Positions 8,866-18,186 of a DNA stretch of 54,909 nucleotides are shown piece after piece. Position 1 is the first letter of the stretch; each line of letters begins with the position of its first letter. The position numbers and the translations under genes are program-made. The notes under the pieces are model-generated. The model was given only the letters and a program-made list of their open reading frames with translations. It did not search any database and was not told the origin of the DNA. The DNA lies in sequence record SRR2962707_431. One strand, given 5' to 3'.

Positions 8866-9282
8866 ATGTACCAACGAATCGCACATATTGCCCTGGTAGT
8901 CAAAGATTACGATGAAGCAATCGAGTTTTACACCAAAAAACTGGACTTCATCCTCCTTGAAGACACCCAACTAGATGAAAAGAAAAGGTGGGTGATGGTT
9001 GCCCCTCCCGGTTCAAAAGAATGTGGCCTTTTGCTGGCTAAAGCTGCCAACGAGGAGCAGGAGCGCAGCATCGGGAATCAGACAGGCGGACGCGTCGGAT
9101 TCTTTCTGTTCACCGATGACTTCTGGCGGGACTACAACAAAATGATTGAACGGGAAATCAATTTCGTCCGACCCCCGAATGAATTTGAGTACGGAACCGT
9201 TGCAGTGTTTGAAGATTTGTATGGGAATTTGTGGGACATGATAGAACCTTCTCCTGACAATAAGGGATTGGTGAGGGGATGA
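8866..9282 (+). CDS. VOC/glyoxalase family protein
   Basis: IAHIALVVKDYDEAIEFYT, KRWVMVAPPG, GNQTGGRV, YGTVAVFEDLYGNLWD. ATG at 8866. Confidence 0.92.
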   Translation: MYQRIAHIALVVKDYDEAIEFYTKKLDFILLEDTQLDEKKRWVMVAPPGSKECGLLLAKAANEEQERSIGNQTGGRVGFFLFTDDFWRDYNKMIEREINFVRPPNEFEYGTVAVFEDLYGNLWDMIEPSPDNKGLVRG

Positions 9283-9357
9283 TCTTGATTTCCTCCCAAA
9301 ACTTATAGAATTTAATGGTACTTGTTTAGCCAAATGTTTTACCATCAAAAGCCCGAT

Positions 9358-9894
9358 ATGCGCACAACAATTTTCATCTTTTCATTCGCCATTTGGGCAC
9401 AGCTAGTGGCCCAAACAGATTATGGCTATGCCGATTCGTCCATTCCTGAATTAGCTCAATTCGAATACTATCGTGGTGTCTGGCAGTCCGAACTGGAGAT
9501 GAAACAAGAAGATGGGACATTCAAAAAACTGGATGTAAAGTCGACCATCAAGGGGTGGTTTCTCGATGACCATCGTACTTTTCAATCGCAGTTTACTACA
9601 GACAAGGGGTTTTTCTCAACTGACTTGCGTTCGTATGACATCCAATCCAAAGAATGGAGGATCATGTTCCTCAATGCGCAGGCACAGCGATGGCATCAGT
9701 TTTCCTGCTCCATGGAGGATGGTAAGATGACCACCGTGATCCCGGGCGGATACAGTGGTGAGGGAGAATTCGACGTGAAAGTTGTTGATTCAATCATCTC
9801 AGATTCACACTACCTAAAGGATGTATATCATTCCAGAGATCAGATGAAAACATGGATTCATATGTATAAGATCAATGTGAGAAAGGTAGAATAG
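9358..9894 (+). CDS. Secreted hypothetical beta-barrel protein (DUF1579-like)
   Basis: Signal peptide from MRTTIF; QFEYYRGVW and LRSYD..SKEW pattern; beta-rich. Confidence 0.6.
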   Translation: MRTTIFIFSFAIWAQLVAQTDYGYADSSIPELAQFEYYRGVWQSELEMKQEDGTFKKLDVKSTIKGWFLDDHRTFQSQFTTDKGFFSTDLRSYDIQSKEWRIMFLNAQAQRWHQFSCSMEDGKMTTVIPGGYSGEGEFDVKVVDSIISDSHYLKDVYHSRDQMKTWIHMYKINVRKVE

Positions 9895-9932
9895 CCATCG
9901 GTCTTTTATCTTTATCCCAAACCAACCTAACC

Positions 9933-10544
9933 ATGAATCTTCGTAAACTTGCTATTATAGCTGGCTCCAGCTATCTGGTCATTTTCTTTGCTGCTATTTT
10001 CGCCAACTTCCTGGCCCTGGAATCACTGATCCAATCGCCATTGGAGACTGTACAGCAAAATCACATGCTCGTCAGGTTTGGAATCCTTGCTTTTCTCGTC
10101 ACCGTGGTTTTTGATGTTGTGGTTGCCTGGGCACTGAATGAGTTGTACAAAAATCATCCCCTTACTAAACTCAGCACCTACTTCAGGATGATGCATGCAG
10201 CAATCATGGGTGTGGCGGTATTTGCCCTTCCTGCAGCATTGGCATCTAGTACAGAAGCCGCCATCCTCCAGCAGGTTGACAATTTCAACACCATCTGGCT
10301 AATTGGATTGTTCTTCTTTGGTATCCATTTGATTCTGCTTTCGAGAATCCTTCAAAAACCTAAATTGATTGCTATCATGCTGATACTCGCAGGCATCATG
10401 TATGTGGTAGATACCTGTGCGCATTTTGTCCTTCCGGAATATGAACTGTATGCCGATGTATTTTTAGCAATGGTGGCCATCCCAAGTATTTTAGGCGAAA
10501 TATCGCTGGCCGTGTGGCTGCTGGTGAAGGGTGGGAAGGTTTAA
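9933..10544 (+). CDS. DUF4386 family membrane protein
   Basis: A.IAG..YL..F..AIFANF, DVVVAWAL, WLIGLFFFGIHLILL and GEISLAVWLLVKG. Confidence 0.85.
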   Translation: MNLRKLAIIAGSSYLVIFFAAIFANFLALESLIQSPLETVQQNHMLVRFGILAFLVTVVFDVVVAWALNELYKNHPLTKLSTYFRMMHAAIMGVAVFALPAALASSTEAAILQQVDNFNTIWLIGLFFFGIHLILLSRILQKPKLIAIMLILAGIMYVVDTCAHFVLPEYELYADVFLAMVAIPSILGEISLAVWLLVKGGKV

Positions 10545-11182
10545 ACCTCTTTCAAATACCTCAAAAACTCCTCCCGTGGAATCATTTCCGCTCCCATGGA
10601 AGACATGTGATCCGTGTAAGCCTGGCAATCAAACAGAATACCTCCACGTTCCTGAAAGTTGTTCATGAAGGTGATCAACGCCACCTTGGATGCGTTGCTA
10701 ACCGTCGAGAACATCGATTCTCCACAAAATACCTTTCCCAAATCAATGCCATACATGCCCCCTACCAGCTCTCCATCTTTCCATACTTCTGTGGATTTGG
10801 CATGACCTAATTCATGCATCCGGACATAGGCCTCTCGCATCTCATCGGTGATCCACGTGCCGTCTTGTCCGCTTCTTGAAATCTGCTTGCAGCCATTGAT
10901 GACCCCTTCAAAGTTCTCATTGAATGTCACCTTGAATTCCTCCTTTTTCAGAACACTCCGCATGGACCTGGAGACATAAACTTTTTCGGGAAAGAGCACA
11001 AACCGTGGATCCAGGCTGTACCACATGATAGGTTCATCATCATTATACCAAGGAAAAATCCCTGATCTGTAAGCCAGCATAAGTCTCTCTGGACTGAGGT
11101 CTCCCCCTACGGCTACCAAGCCGTCCACCGCTTCCGAAACTGGCGGGAAAATGAGTTCGTCGGTTAATTGATAAACAGGCAT
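10541..11182 (-). CDS. aat: Leucyl/phenylalanyl-tRNA--protein transferase
   Basis: GLVAVGGDLSPERLMLAYRSGIFPW, GTWIT, ELVGGMYG, FCGESMFS, NASKVA and DCQ. Confidence 0.97.
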   Translation of the reverse strand: MPVYQLTDELIFPPVSEAVDGLVAVGGDLSPERLMLAYRSGIFPWYNDDEPIMWYSLDPRFVLFPEKVYVSRSMRSVLKKEEFKVTFNENFEGVINGCKQISRSGQDGTWITDEMREAYVRMHELGHAKSTEVWKDGELVGGMYGIDLGKVFCGESMFSTVSNASKVALITFMNNFQERGGILFDCQAYTDHMSSMGAEMIPREEFLRYLKEV

Positions 11183-11285
11183 GAATGTAAATTCTGGAGT
11201 GAAGTTAAGCAGGAACCCACTTCATCACATAATTACAGACCCAATGCAACGACATTTATTTTGATCCGTTGGTAATTCAAAACCA

Positions 11286-11654
11286 ATGCATATGAGCACT
11301 CCTTCTCCCCTCTTCATCGTACCTGTTCTTTCTTCCTCTGATATCAAACGGGACATTGAATGGTACGAGAAATATACTGGCTTCTCTTATCGATTTGGAG
11401 ACGATGGATACTCAGGATTTCGGCGCGACAATCTTGAATTTCACTTGCAATGGCATCACAATAATGAAGATGATCCGGTTTTTCCTGGGGTAATGAAAAT
11501 CTTTGTTGAAGATCTACAACCTTGGTACGAAGAATTCTTGGAACGTGGTACAATCACAGAAGATCGTCTGAGAATGAACACCGCCTGGGGCACACACGAA
11601 TTTGGATTCTACGACTTGAACAAAAATGCCATTTTCATTGTGCAGGACGCCTGA
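11286..11654 (+). CDS. Glyoxalase/bleomycin-resistance (VOC) family protein
   Basis: PVLSSSDIKRDIEWY, FHLQWH and NTAWGTHEFGFYDLNKNAIF. Confidence 0.85.
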   Translation: MHMSTPSPLFIVPVLSSSDIKRDIEWYEKYTGFSYRFGDDGYSGFRRDNLEFHLQWHHNNEDDPVFPGVMKIFVEDLQPWYEEFLERGTITEDRLRMNTAWGTHEFGFYDLNKNAIFIVQDA

Positions 11655-13781
11655 TTACTCAATCACAATCCGCTTTTTGAATGTCCCATTCTTTCCTTCG
11701 CCTTTAAGTATGTAAACACCAGGTTCCAGTGTAGGCAGGGAATAGTCCGCAGATGTGCTGACTTTCCTAACATCTATCAATTTGCCATTCAAATCCAGAA
11801 GCGAGAGCTCGTCAACATCGGGAGCTACCACCCGGAATGCACCCTTGTTCGGATTTGGATAGATGATGATCCAATCGCCCTCATCTTCAACACCTAAGGT
11901 AGGCTCCACCGTTTCATCGTAAGGTGCTCCTGCAAACCGTCCAACATCAGCATCTTTCAGCTGAGCGGTGCTTCCTTCAAAAATCCCGGGGATATCGTTA
12001 ATTTGACCTTTCCATGCACCTACTAGCAAAAAGTGCTGAGTAAATGGACCCACAGTTCCGTCCATACCATCTTCAACGGTGACCACTTCACCGTATGCAT
12101 GGTAGTGATATCCAAATTCACTGTGATCATGCCCCCCATAGGCATCAAGTTCAACATCTGAACCCTCCATATTAGGATAGTTTGCTTCATATTTTCCAAA
12201 CAAGGCAATACCATCGTAGGCAAATCCAATGATCGGTGGGTGATCCTTATCATTGTAGTCCGCATAGTTGTAAAGGTTAATGCCATTTCCATTGAACCCA
12301 TGACCATCTGCATGGTAATGCAAGCCCATTCCACGTCCAACGTGAATGCCAGTGCTGGTAATTTCAGCATCCATAGCTGCAAAACGAAGATTGTTATTGT
12401 AGGCGGGATAAATCACCACACCATCTATTGCTATCCCATTGGAAGCTCGTGCTGCATAGTTGTAGACATCAAATTCTTCGGATGTCAATCCGACATCATC
12501 CGCCAGTGTTCCATCACTAAGAACATTGTCCGCCAGGTTATCAATCAGTCCGTAATCTTTCAATGGGATTTTAACAAGCTTAACTTCAAGAATGGCATTT
12601 CTGGTCACACTTTGCTCTTCGTATCCTGCACCATTGCCATCCCCCGGAGGACGCGATACATCAATCAAAAAGTTGGGACTGTCTGAGGCATCATGCGAGG
12701 CAATCACCATGAATGGATGCAACTCACCCTCATCGTCTTTTGCGTTGGTGAAATACACATAGGAGACCGTATTCTCTCCCACGATTGCATTGTACATGTC
12801 TGTTGCCCCGAAAGTTCTGGACAACATGTTTTCTCTAAAGGTTAAATAAACAGACTTATCATATCGTAGTGCCTCATCCGCAGCTATCAGGTCACTCTCA
12901 ATGGCATCCAGCGCTTCAGAAGCAGCAGTATTCGCTGCAGCATCGTTTCCAAATTGTGTTTGATAGCTTTCATCCACTTCCATCAAGAACTGATCACCAA
13001 ACAAGGCGCTTTCTTGGTATCTCCAAACTTCATCCGGATAGGCTGCAAAGGCATTGTCTTGCCATTCTGTGCTTTTTGGGTTGAAATCCGAACCAATTGG
13101 CAAACTGAAATCAATCAAATCCGAAGGGTCAGCAAGCATAAAATCAGTGGCCTCCCCGGAATTAGATGTTAAAGCAAGGGAAGTACCTGATATCATCAGC
13201 CATTTGGTAGTCCAGCTGCCATTCACTTCAAATTCACCAGAAGTGGAATTGTAGGTGTATTGGGCCACAGCCGAGATGGTGGCAGAAGAGGTTGTTCCTT
13301 CAAATTCATAAACCAGGTAACCGGCATCCGAGTCATCTGCCACATAGTAAGAGCCTGCATCTGATGTGATCACGTTTGTGCCATCGGAGGTGTTCAGTGA
13401 ACGGTAGCTATGCAAAACCGGCTGGATCGTATATTGTCCGGACAACTCGTTGGTAGTGTTTGAGTTTATATCTACAATTTGGAACATGCTACGCATGAGT
13501 GAGCTGTAGGTCGCAGGGCCTTCATTGACATTTACAACATCTACAATGTCGATCTGACCAGCATCTGAGGCGTTGAGATTTACTACATTTAACTGAGTTG
13601 CCTGATCGAGCAAGATCATGTATTTGAGATTGGACACTTCCGAAACAGGCTGTGGTGTCCAGGGTTGGGTAAAGTCATTGTCCAGAATCTCAGCAAATGG
13701 CTGTGGACCATACACATCAAAATTTTGCGCCTGGATAGATAGTGAAATGGTTAACAGGATAGCACCGAATAATTGCTTCAT
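11655..13781 (-). CDS. YHYH-domain protein with T9SS type A sorting domain
   Basis: Signal peptide from MKQLFG (13781); GIAIDGVVIYP, GLHYHADG, PIIGFAYDGIALFG, LDAYGGH and GYHYHA; C-terminal IYPNPNKG...GVYILK...KKRIVIE. Confidence 0.85.
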   Translation of the reverse strand: MKQLFGAILLTISLSIQAQNFDVYGPQPFAEILDNDFTQPWTPQPVSEVSNLKYMILLDQATQLNVVNLNASDAGQIDIVDVVNVNEGPATYSSLMRSMFQIVDINSNTTNELSGQYTIQPVLHSYRSLNTSDGTNVITSDAGSYYVADDSDAGYLVYEFEGTTSSATISAVAQYTYNSTSGEFEVNGSWTTKWLMISGTSLALTSNSGEATDFMLADPSDLIDFSLPIGSDFNPKSTEWQDNAFAAYPDEVWRYQESALFGDQFLMEVDESYQTQFGNDAAANTAASEALDAIESDLIAADEALRYDKSVYLTFRENMLSRTFGATDMYNAIVGENTVSYVYFTNAKDDEGELHPFMVIASHDASDSPNFLIDVSRPPGDGNGAGYEEQSVTRNAILEVKLVKIPLKDYGLIDNLADNVLSDGTLADDVGLTSEEFDVYNYAARASNGIAIDGVVIYPAYNNNLRFAAMDAEITSTGIHVGRGMGLHYHADGHGFNGNGINLYNYADYNDKDHPPIIGFAYDGIALFGKYEANYPNMEGSDVELDAYGGHDHSEFGYHYHAYGEVVTVEDGMDGTVGPFTQHFLLVGAWKGQINDIPGIFEGSTAQLKDADVGRFAGAPYDETVEPTLGVEDEGDWIIIYPNPNKGAFRVVAPDVDELSLLDLNGKLIDVRKVSTSADYSLPTLEPGVYILKGEGKNGTFKKRIVIE

Positions 13782-13837
13782 GGGATCAGATTTTATTGTA
13801 CTAAATCTTAGATGCCATTTATGATGCATTCATGTGC

Positions 13838-15433
13838 TCATTGTTTGATCATTCTTATTTTTCTTTCTTCACCATCTTTAAATTCCAGACTGACCAGGTA
13901 CATTCCTGCATCCCACCTTTCCGTATCAATCGCATTTGACCAATCATTCGATTGAAACATGACCTTACCCTGTAAATTCATGACTTCTACATGTTTCACC
14001 TGACTTCCTTGCAAGAAAATTCTATCGTTAAAAGGATTAGGATACATAAGCACCTCCGCTTCTCCACTTGCTGCCAGAGGACAACCAAGGTTCTCCAATT
14101 TTCCCTGACTAACCAATCCATCAGGTAGCCCAGGGAAATCAGGACTGATTTTCTGAGCTCTGAAAGTAATATTACCCATGATTTCACTGGTCTGTTCGGC
14201 ACACTGTAAGCCATCACTATTATGAGGGTTGATGTATTCCCAGATGATCTCATGGTTTGCATTGATCTCGAAAATTCTTCCGTAAAAACCTTCGCAGATA
14301 AAGTAATTCCCATTCTCCAACTCCTGAACTCCGGAAACAATTCGGGAGAAGAAATCTGTTTTGTTTGCGCTTTGGTAGATCACCGTTTCAGTTTCAGGAA
14401 GGAACCTCCCGGTTTCATCCTGGCCGTATGTTTTGCTTTCAGTATCATAGGACAACTCAAGGAGATCAATCGAGGAGTATTCTTCTGTCCTTCCGTTTCC
14501 ATTGTTGAAAACCATCAACTGGTAACCTCCATTCTTATATTGCCAATGGGGATTGTGCTGACCAAAGAATCGCTGATCATCGGAAGTTCCATGATCATAT
14601 ACTTGGGGATTGCCCCACCGAAACAAGAAATCACCTCCCATACCCGAAGCACCACCCTCACTTGTGCGTGCTTCTTCTGTAGTAGTGCTATGATCTATGA
14701 CCCAAATTTCGTTGATAAACGGGGAGCCAATGACAATCTGATCCAATTCCGGATTGTAATCAATCGCATTAAGATGAATCCAATCCGTCAGGTTCAGATC
14801 GTCCAGGTAATAGTTGAGATCCAACTTCCCGGGATGATCCGATATTATTCCGTAATTCTCCTTCGTATCATCAAAATCCTGTATCAGATGATCCCATAGA
14901 CTCCATTCCCATACAATCGCAATGTCATCCGATCCTACCGGGGTGAATTCAATGATCTTTTCAGACCAGAGTGTTCCTGTAATACTTTCCGGATTTCGGC
15001 CTGCAGCTATGGCCTCCTCCTCGCTTATTTCTACTAGCAGAAGTAGCAGGATATTTCCATTGGGGAGGACAGCAAAATCATGGTGGCTTTGTTCTGTTTC
15101 CGTCAGAAATTCATACGACCACACGATCTGCCCGGATGGATCTACCAACTCCAAATATCCTCCTACTCCACCCATGTTGAAGTGAAGCGGGACTCTTCCT
15201 GTGCGCAACAAATTTCCGTTCTCAAGTAGCTCTACACTTGTCCCGGGGAAATGGGTACCAGCCCATTCAAATACGAGATTGCCTTCATTATCAATAAGAA
15301 AAGTGTTTTTGGAACTGTTGGGATGAAAGAGCGTGTATCCCTCAGTAGCGCTAGGGTCATTTACAGTCAACCCAATTTGGCATAAGGAGTATAGCGAATA
15401 ACAAAACAAGAGCAGTGAGAAAACCTTCCGCAT
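13838..15433 (-). CDS. Aryl-sulfate sulfotransferase (ASST) family protein with T9SS type A sorting domain
   Basis: Signal peptide from MRKVFS; LLENGNLLR, QSHHDF..LPNGNIL, DWIHLNAIDY, EIWVIDHSTTT, FRWGNP and GQHNPH; C-terminal MYPNPFND...GMYLV. Confidence 0.9.
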   Translation of the reverse strand: MRKVFSLLLFCYSLYSLCQIGLTVNDPSATEGYTLFHPNSSKNTFLIDNEGNLVFEWAGTHFPGTSVELLENGNLLRTGRVPLHFNMGGVGGYLELVDPSGQIVWSYEFLTETEQSHHDFAVLPNGNILLLLLVEISEEEAIAAGRNPESITGTLWSEKIIEFTPVGSDDIAIVWEWSLWDHLIQDFDDTKENYGIISDHPGKLDLNYYLDDLNLTDWIHLNAIDYNPELDQIVIGSPFINEIWVIDHSTTTEEARTSEGGASGMGGDFLFRWGNPQVYDHGTSDDQRFFGQHNPHWQYKNGGYQLMVFNNGNGRTEEYSSIDLLELSYDTESKTYGQDETGRFLPETETVIYQSANKTDFFSRIVSGVQELENGNYFICEGFYGRIFEINANHEIIWEYINPHNSDGLQCAEQTSEIMGNITFRAQKISPDFPGLPDGLVSQGKLENLGCPLAASGEAEVLMYPNPFNDRIFLQGSQVKHVEVMNLQGKVMFQSNDWSNAIDTERWDAGMYLVSLEFKDGEERKIRMIKQ

Positions 15434-15492
15434 TGATTTTTTGGGGTTAAAACTATGGTTCCATAGAAGAAACAAATTGTAAGAAAAAACCC

Positions 15493-16251
15493 TTAGGATA
15501 GGATATCAGTAACCACTCTAAGCCTGCTGCCATACCAGCTATACAGCTCACCATCTACTAATTGGATATTCGCTTTTGGCCATTGAGCCTTTGCTGTTTC
15601 AAGATGTGCTGGCTTGAACGGATATGGTTCTGAGCTTAGAAGAACTTGATCAGGATTCATGGAGGAGATTTCCTCATCGGTTAATTCGGGGTAACGTTCG
15701 GAGATCACTGCATTTTCATATCCAAGATGGGTAAGAAAGTGATCGATAAAGGTTTTTTTTCCTGCTGCCATCCAGGGATCTTTCCAAATCAGGTAGAGGA
15801 CTTTTCCTGATTGCGTGTTTTTTACCAGATCAACACTTTCACGACACGCTTCAATGATCTCCCTGGCATTCGCCTGAAGTTGGCAGATTTCACCAAGCTG
15901 CTCCATCATTCTGAAGGCATCATCCAGTGTGAATATATCACTCATCCAAACCGGAAAATGCTTGTCTAACGAAGCGATACCCTCCGCATAGTTTTCCTCT
16001 TTGTTACCAATAATGAGGTCCGGTTTTAAGTCCTTGATAGCATCCAGACGGAAGTTCTTTGTACCACCAACAATCGGGATTTCACCCACTTTATCTTTGG
16101 GATGAATACAAAATTTTGTCCTGCCAACAACAGGCGCACCTATATCGATCAGATACTCGGTTTGAGAAGGAACAAGCGAAACAATCCGCTTAGGAAGCGT
16201 TGGTAAAGTGACCTTCCGCCCCATCATATCCAACCAATCCATTTTAGCCAT
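15493..16251 (-). CDS. Helical-backbone metal receptor (BtuF/periplasmic-binding-protein type III-like)
   Basis: DMMGRKV..PKRIVSLVPSQTE, VGRTKFCIHP, VGGTKN, PDLIIGNKEEN, LLSSEPYPF and DGELYSWYGSR. Confidence 0.9.
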   Translation of the reverse strand: MAKMDWLDMMGRKVTLPTLPKRIVSLVPSQTEYLIDIGAPVVGRTKFCIHPKDKVGEIPIVGGTKNFRLDAIKDLKPDLIIGNKEENYAEGIASLDKHFPVWMSDIFTLDDAFRMMEQLGEICQLQANAREIIEACRESVDLVKNTQSGKVLYLIWKDPWMAAGKKTFIDHFLTHLGYENAVISERYPELTDEEISSMNPDQVLLSSEPYPFKPAHLETAKAQWPKANIQLVDGELYSWYGSRLRVVTDILS

Positions 16252-16252
16252 G

Positions 16253-16699
16253 TTAGTGTCCATGTCCGGCGTGTGAATCTTCCATTCTGGAAAAAAGCTC
16301 GGCCATGTTTTGAGCGTTTGCTTCTAAAGTTGACTTGATATCCGGCATTTCCCCGGACACGATGAAATAGGTTTTCATGGAGTCAGTTTTGGTCTCGCTC
16401 AGGAAGATGGTTTGCATCAGCTCATCACTCCTTTTAGTCACCTGGAGTTCGAAAGTGTGACTATTGATCACCCGGCTATCAATCAAATTAAATTTCAATC
16501 GATCACCATCTCTTTCAAGCTGATAAAGCAGAAACTCATCGATACCACTCAGGTAACTCATAGCTCGGTCTTCTCCAAGCCACAACTCCATATAATCCCC
16601 GCTCTCAGCATAGGTGTACCATTTGCCTACCACCCTATCTTCAGTACCTCCTGCACAAGCAGACACTATTGCCAGGAGCACGAGGATCGAAAATCTCAT
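16253..16699 (-). CDS. Hypothetical lipoprotein with a His-rich C-terminus
   Basis: Lipobox IVSAC; lipocalin-like VVGKWY; ends SHAGHGH; start overlaps the M42 stop codon. Confidence 0.75.
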   Translation of the reverse strand: MRFSILVLLAIVSACAGGTEDRVVGKWYTYAESGDYMELWLGEDRAMSYLSGIDEFLLYQLERDGDRLKFNLIDSRVINSHTFELQVTKRSDELMQTIFLSETKTDSMKTYFIVSGEMPDIKSTLEANAQNMAELFSRMEDSHAGHGH

Positions 16700-17766
16700 T
16701 ATTTGAAATACGTGAAATCCTGGCCGTCTTTGATCTGAATCACCGTTTCATAAATCAGTCGGATCACATTCTCCACGTCTGCATTGTGTACTGTTTCAAC
16801 TGTGGTGTGCATGTATTTCAATGGTAGTGAAATCAATGCGGATGCCACACCAATATCGGAATAGGCGAAAGCGTCGGTATCTGTTCCGGTTGTTCTGGAA
16901 GCAGCCATACGCTGGTATGGAATCTTGTTTTTCTCTGCCACCTTGATGATCATATCACGAACATTATTTTGCACCGCTGGACCGTAAGTAATGGCAGGTC
17001 CTTTTCCGGCCGTCATGTCACCACTGGTAATTTTATCATACATAGGTGACTGGGTATCGTGAGTTACATCCGTCACAATGGCCACATCTGGTTTGATTCG
17101 TCGAGAGATCATCTCAGCACCTCTCAGACCGATTTCTTCCTGAACAGAATTGACAATGTAAAGTCCAAACGGAAGCTTCACTTTGTTCTCGGATATCCTG
17201 CGCGCTACCTCTGCGATCATGAATCCACCCGCTCTGTTGTCGAGCGCACGACCCACAAAATATTTTTTATTCATTTCGAAGAGCTCATCCTGAAAGGTGG
17301 CTACTGTTCCTACATGAATCCCCATCTTCTCAACCTCTTCTTTGCTTTCTGCTCCAACATCAATACAGATATTTTTCAGGGAAGGAGCATCCTCTTTTTC
17401 TTTTCTTACGTGGATAGCAGGCCAGCCAAATACGCCCTTTACAATTCCTTTTTCCGTGTGCAGGTTCACCCGCATTGATGGTGCTATCTGGTGATCAGAC
17501 CCTCCATTTCTAACCACATAAATGTATCCTTTGTCGGTGATGTAATTCACAAACCAGCTGATCTCATCGGCATGTGCCTCAATGACCACTTTGTACTTAG
17601 CTTTTGGATTTATCACACCGTAGACACTTCCATACGTGTCTACTTCATAGTCATCTACGAATGGTTTGATGTAATCCAACCAAATCTTCTGTCCCTCGGC
17701 TTCAAAACCTGTCGGTGAAGCATTGTTTAGGTATTTAAAAAGGAAATCTCTGCTCTTTTTGTCCAT
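16699..17766 (-). CDS. M42 family aminopeptidase
   Basis: SPTGFE, EAHADEI, RALDNRAG, VQEEIGLRGA, TDVTHD, TGTDTD and YMHTTVE. Confidence 0.95.
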   Translation of the reverse strand: MDKKSRDFLFKYLNNASPTGFEAEGQKIWLDYIKPFVDDYEVDTYGSVYGVINPKAKYKVVIEAHADEISWFVNYITDKGYIYVVRNGGSDHQIAPSMRVNLHTEKGIVKGVFGWPAIHVRKEKEDAPSLKNICIDVGAESKEEVEKMGIHVGTVATFQDELFEMNKKYFVGRALDNRAGGFMIAEVARRISENKVKLPFGLYIVNSVQEEIGLRGAEMISRRIKPDVAIVTDVTHDTQSPMYDKITSGDMTAGKGPAITYGPAVQNNVRDMIIKVAEKNKIPYQRMAASRTTGTDTDAFAYSDIGVASALISLPLKYMHTTVETVHNADVENVIRLIYETVIQIKDGQDFTYFK

Positions 17767-17773
17767 GATTTTT

Positions 17774-17836
17774 TAAGATTCAAGCTGCTAGTTGCAAGCT
17801 TTAAGCTGCAAGCCTCAAGTTCTAAGCCTTAAGCTT
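17774..17836. repeat. Degenerate 7-bp tandem repeat, 9 units, downstream of and overlapping the 3' end of the four-helix-bundle gene
   Basis: taagatt caagctg ctagttg caagctt taagctg caagcct caagttc taagcct taagctt. Confidence 0.85.
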
Positions 17837-18175
17837 TTTTAAGTAGCCTGAAATCATTTTTTGTTCTTCTGTAATCAATTGTAATATGCTATCAATTTCT
17901 TGTTGATCAACTAATTGAAGTCTGGAAATACCAAGATAAAACGTTTCCAACTCAAAAGCTGATCCTAATGCAATTTGTATAAATCCAGCCTGGTCTTTTT
18001 CACTTGTCCTCCCACGTCCTTCAGCAATATTTGCTGGTATCGATGAGGAAGCTCTATTAATTTGGGAAATCAATCCAAATCGCTCATCCTGTGGGAGAAG
18101 CTTTGAGAATTCATATGATCTGACCCAAATATCCATCCCCTTCTGCCTAATCAGTAACTCTTTATAATTCCTCAT
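17822..18175 (-). CDS. Four helix bundle protein (23S rRNA IVP / Avd-like family)
   Basis: MRNYKEL..QKGM, LPQDERFGLISQINRASSSIPANIAEG.GR and IALGSAFELET. Confidence 0.93.
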   Translation of the reverse strand: MRNYKELLIRQKGMDIWVRSYEFSKLLPQDERFGLISQINRASSSIPANIAEGRGRTSEKDQAGFIQIALGSAFELETFYLGISRLQLVDQQEIDSILQLITEEQKMISGYLKKLKA

Positions 18176-18186
18176 AAATCCTTCTT

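Noticed and set aside
14222..14899. 225-aa plus-strand ORF and the many other 60-150 aa ORFs nested in long genes
   Set aside because: They lie antisense or out of frame within well-supported genes and show no family motifs.
15493..16300. Cobalamin uptake locus or riboswitch
   Set aside because: No intergenic space for a riboswitch, and no BtuB/BtuCD genes are adjacent.
17822..18175. Diversity-generating retroelement or rRNA intervening sequence, suggested by the Avd/IVP-like gene
   Set aside because: No reverse transcriptase, TR/VR pair or rRNA sequence is visible in the window.
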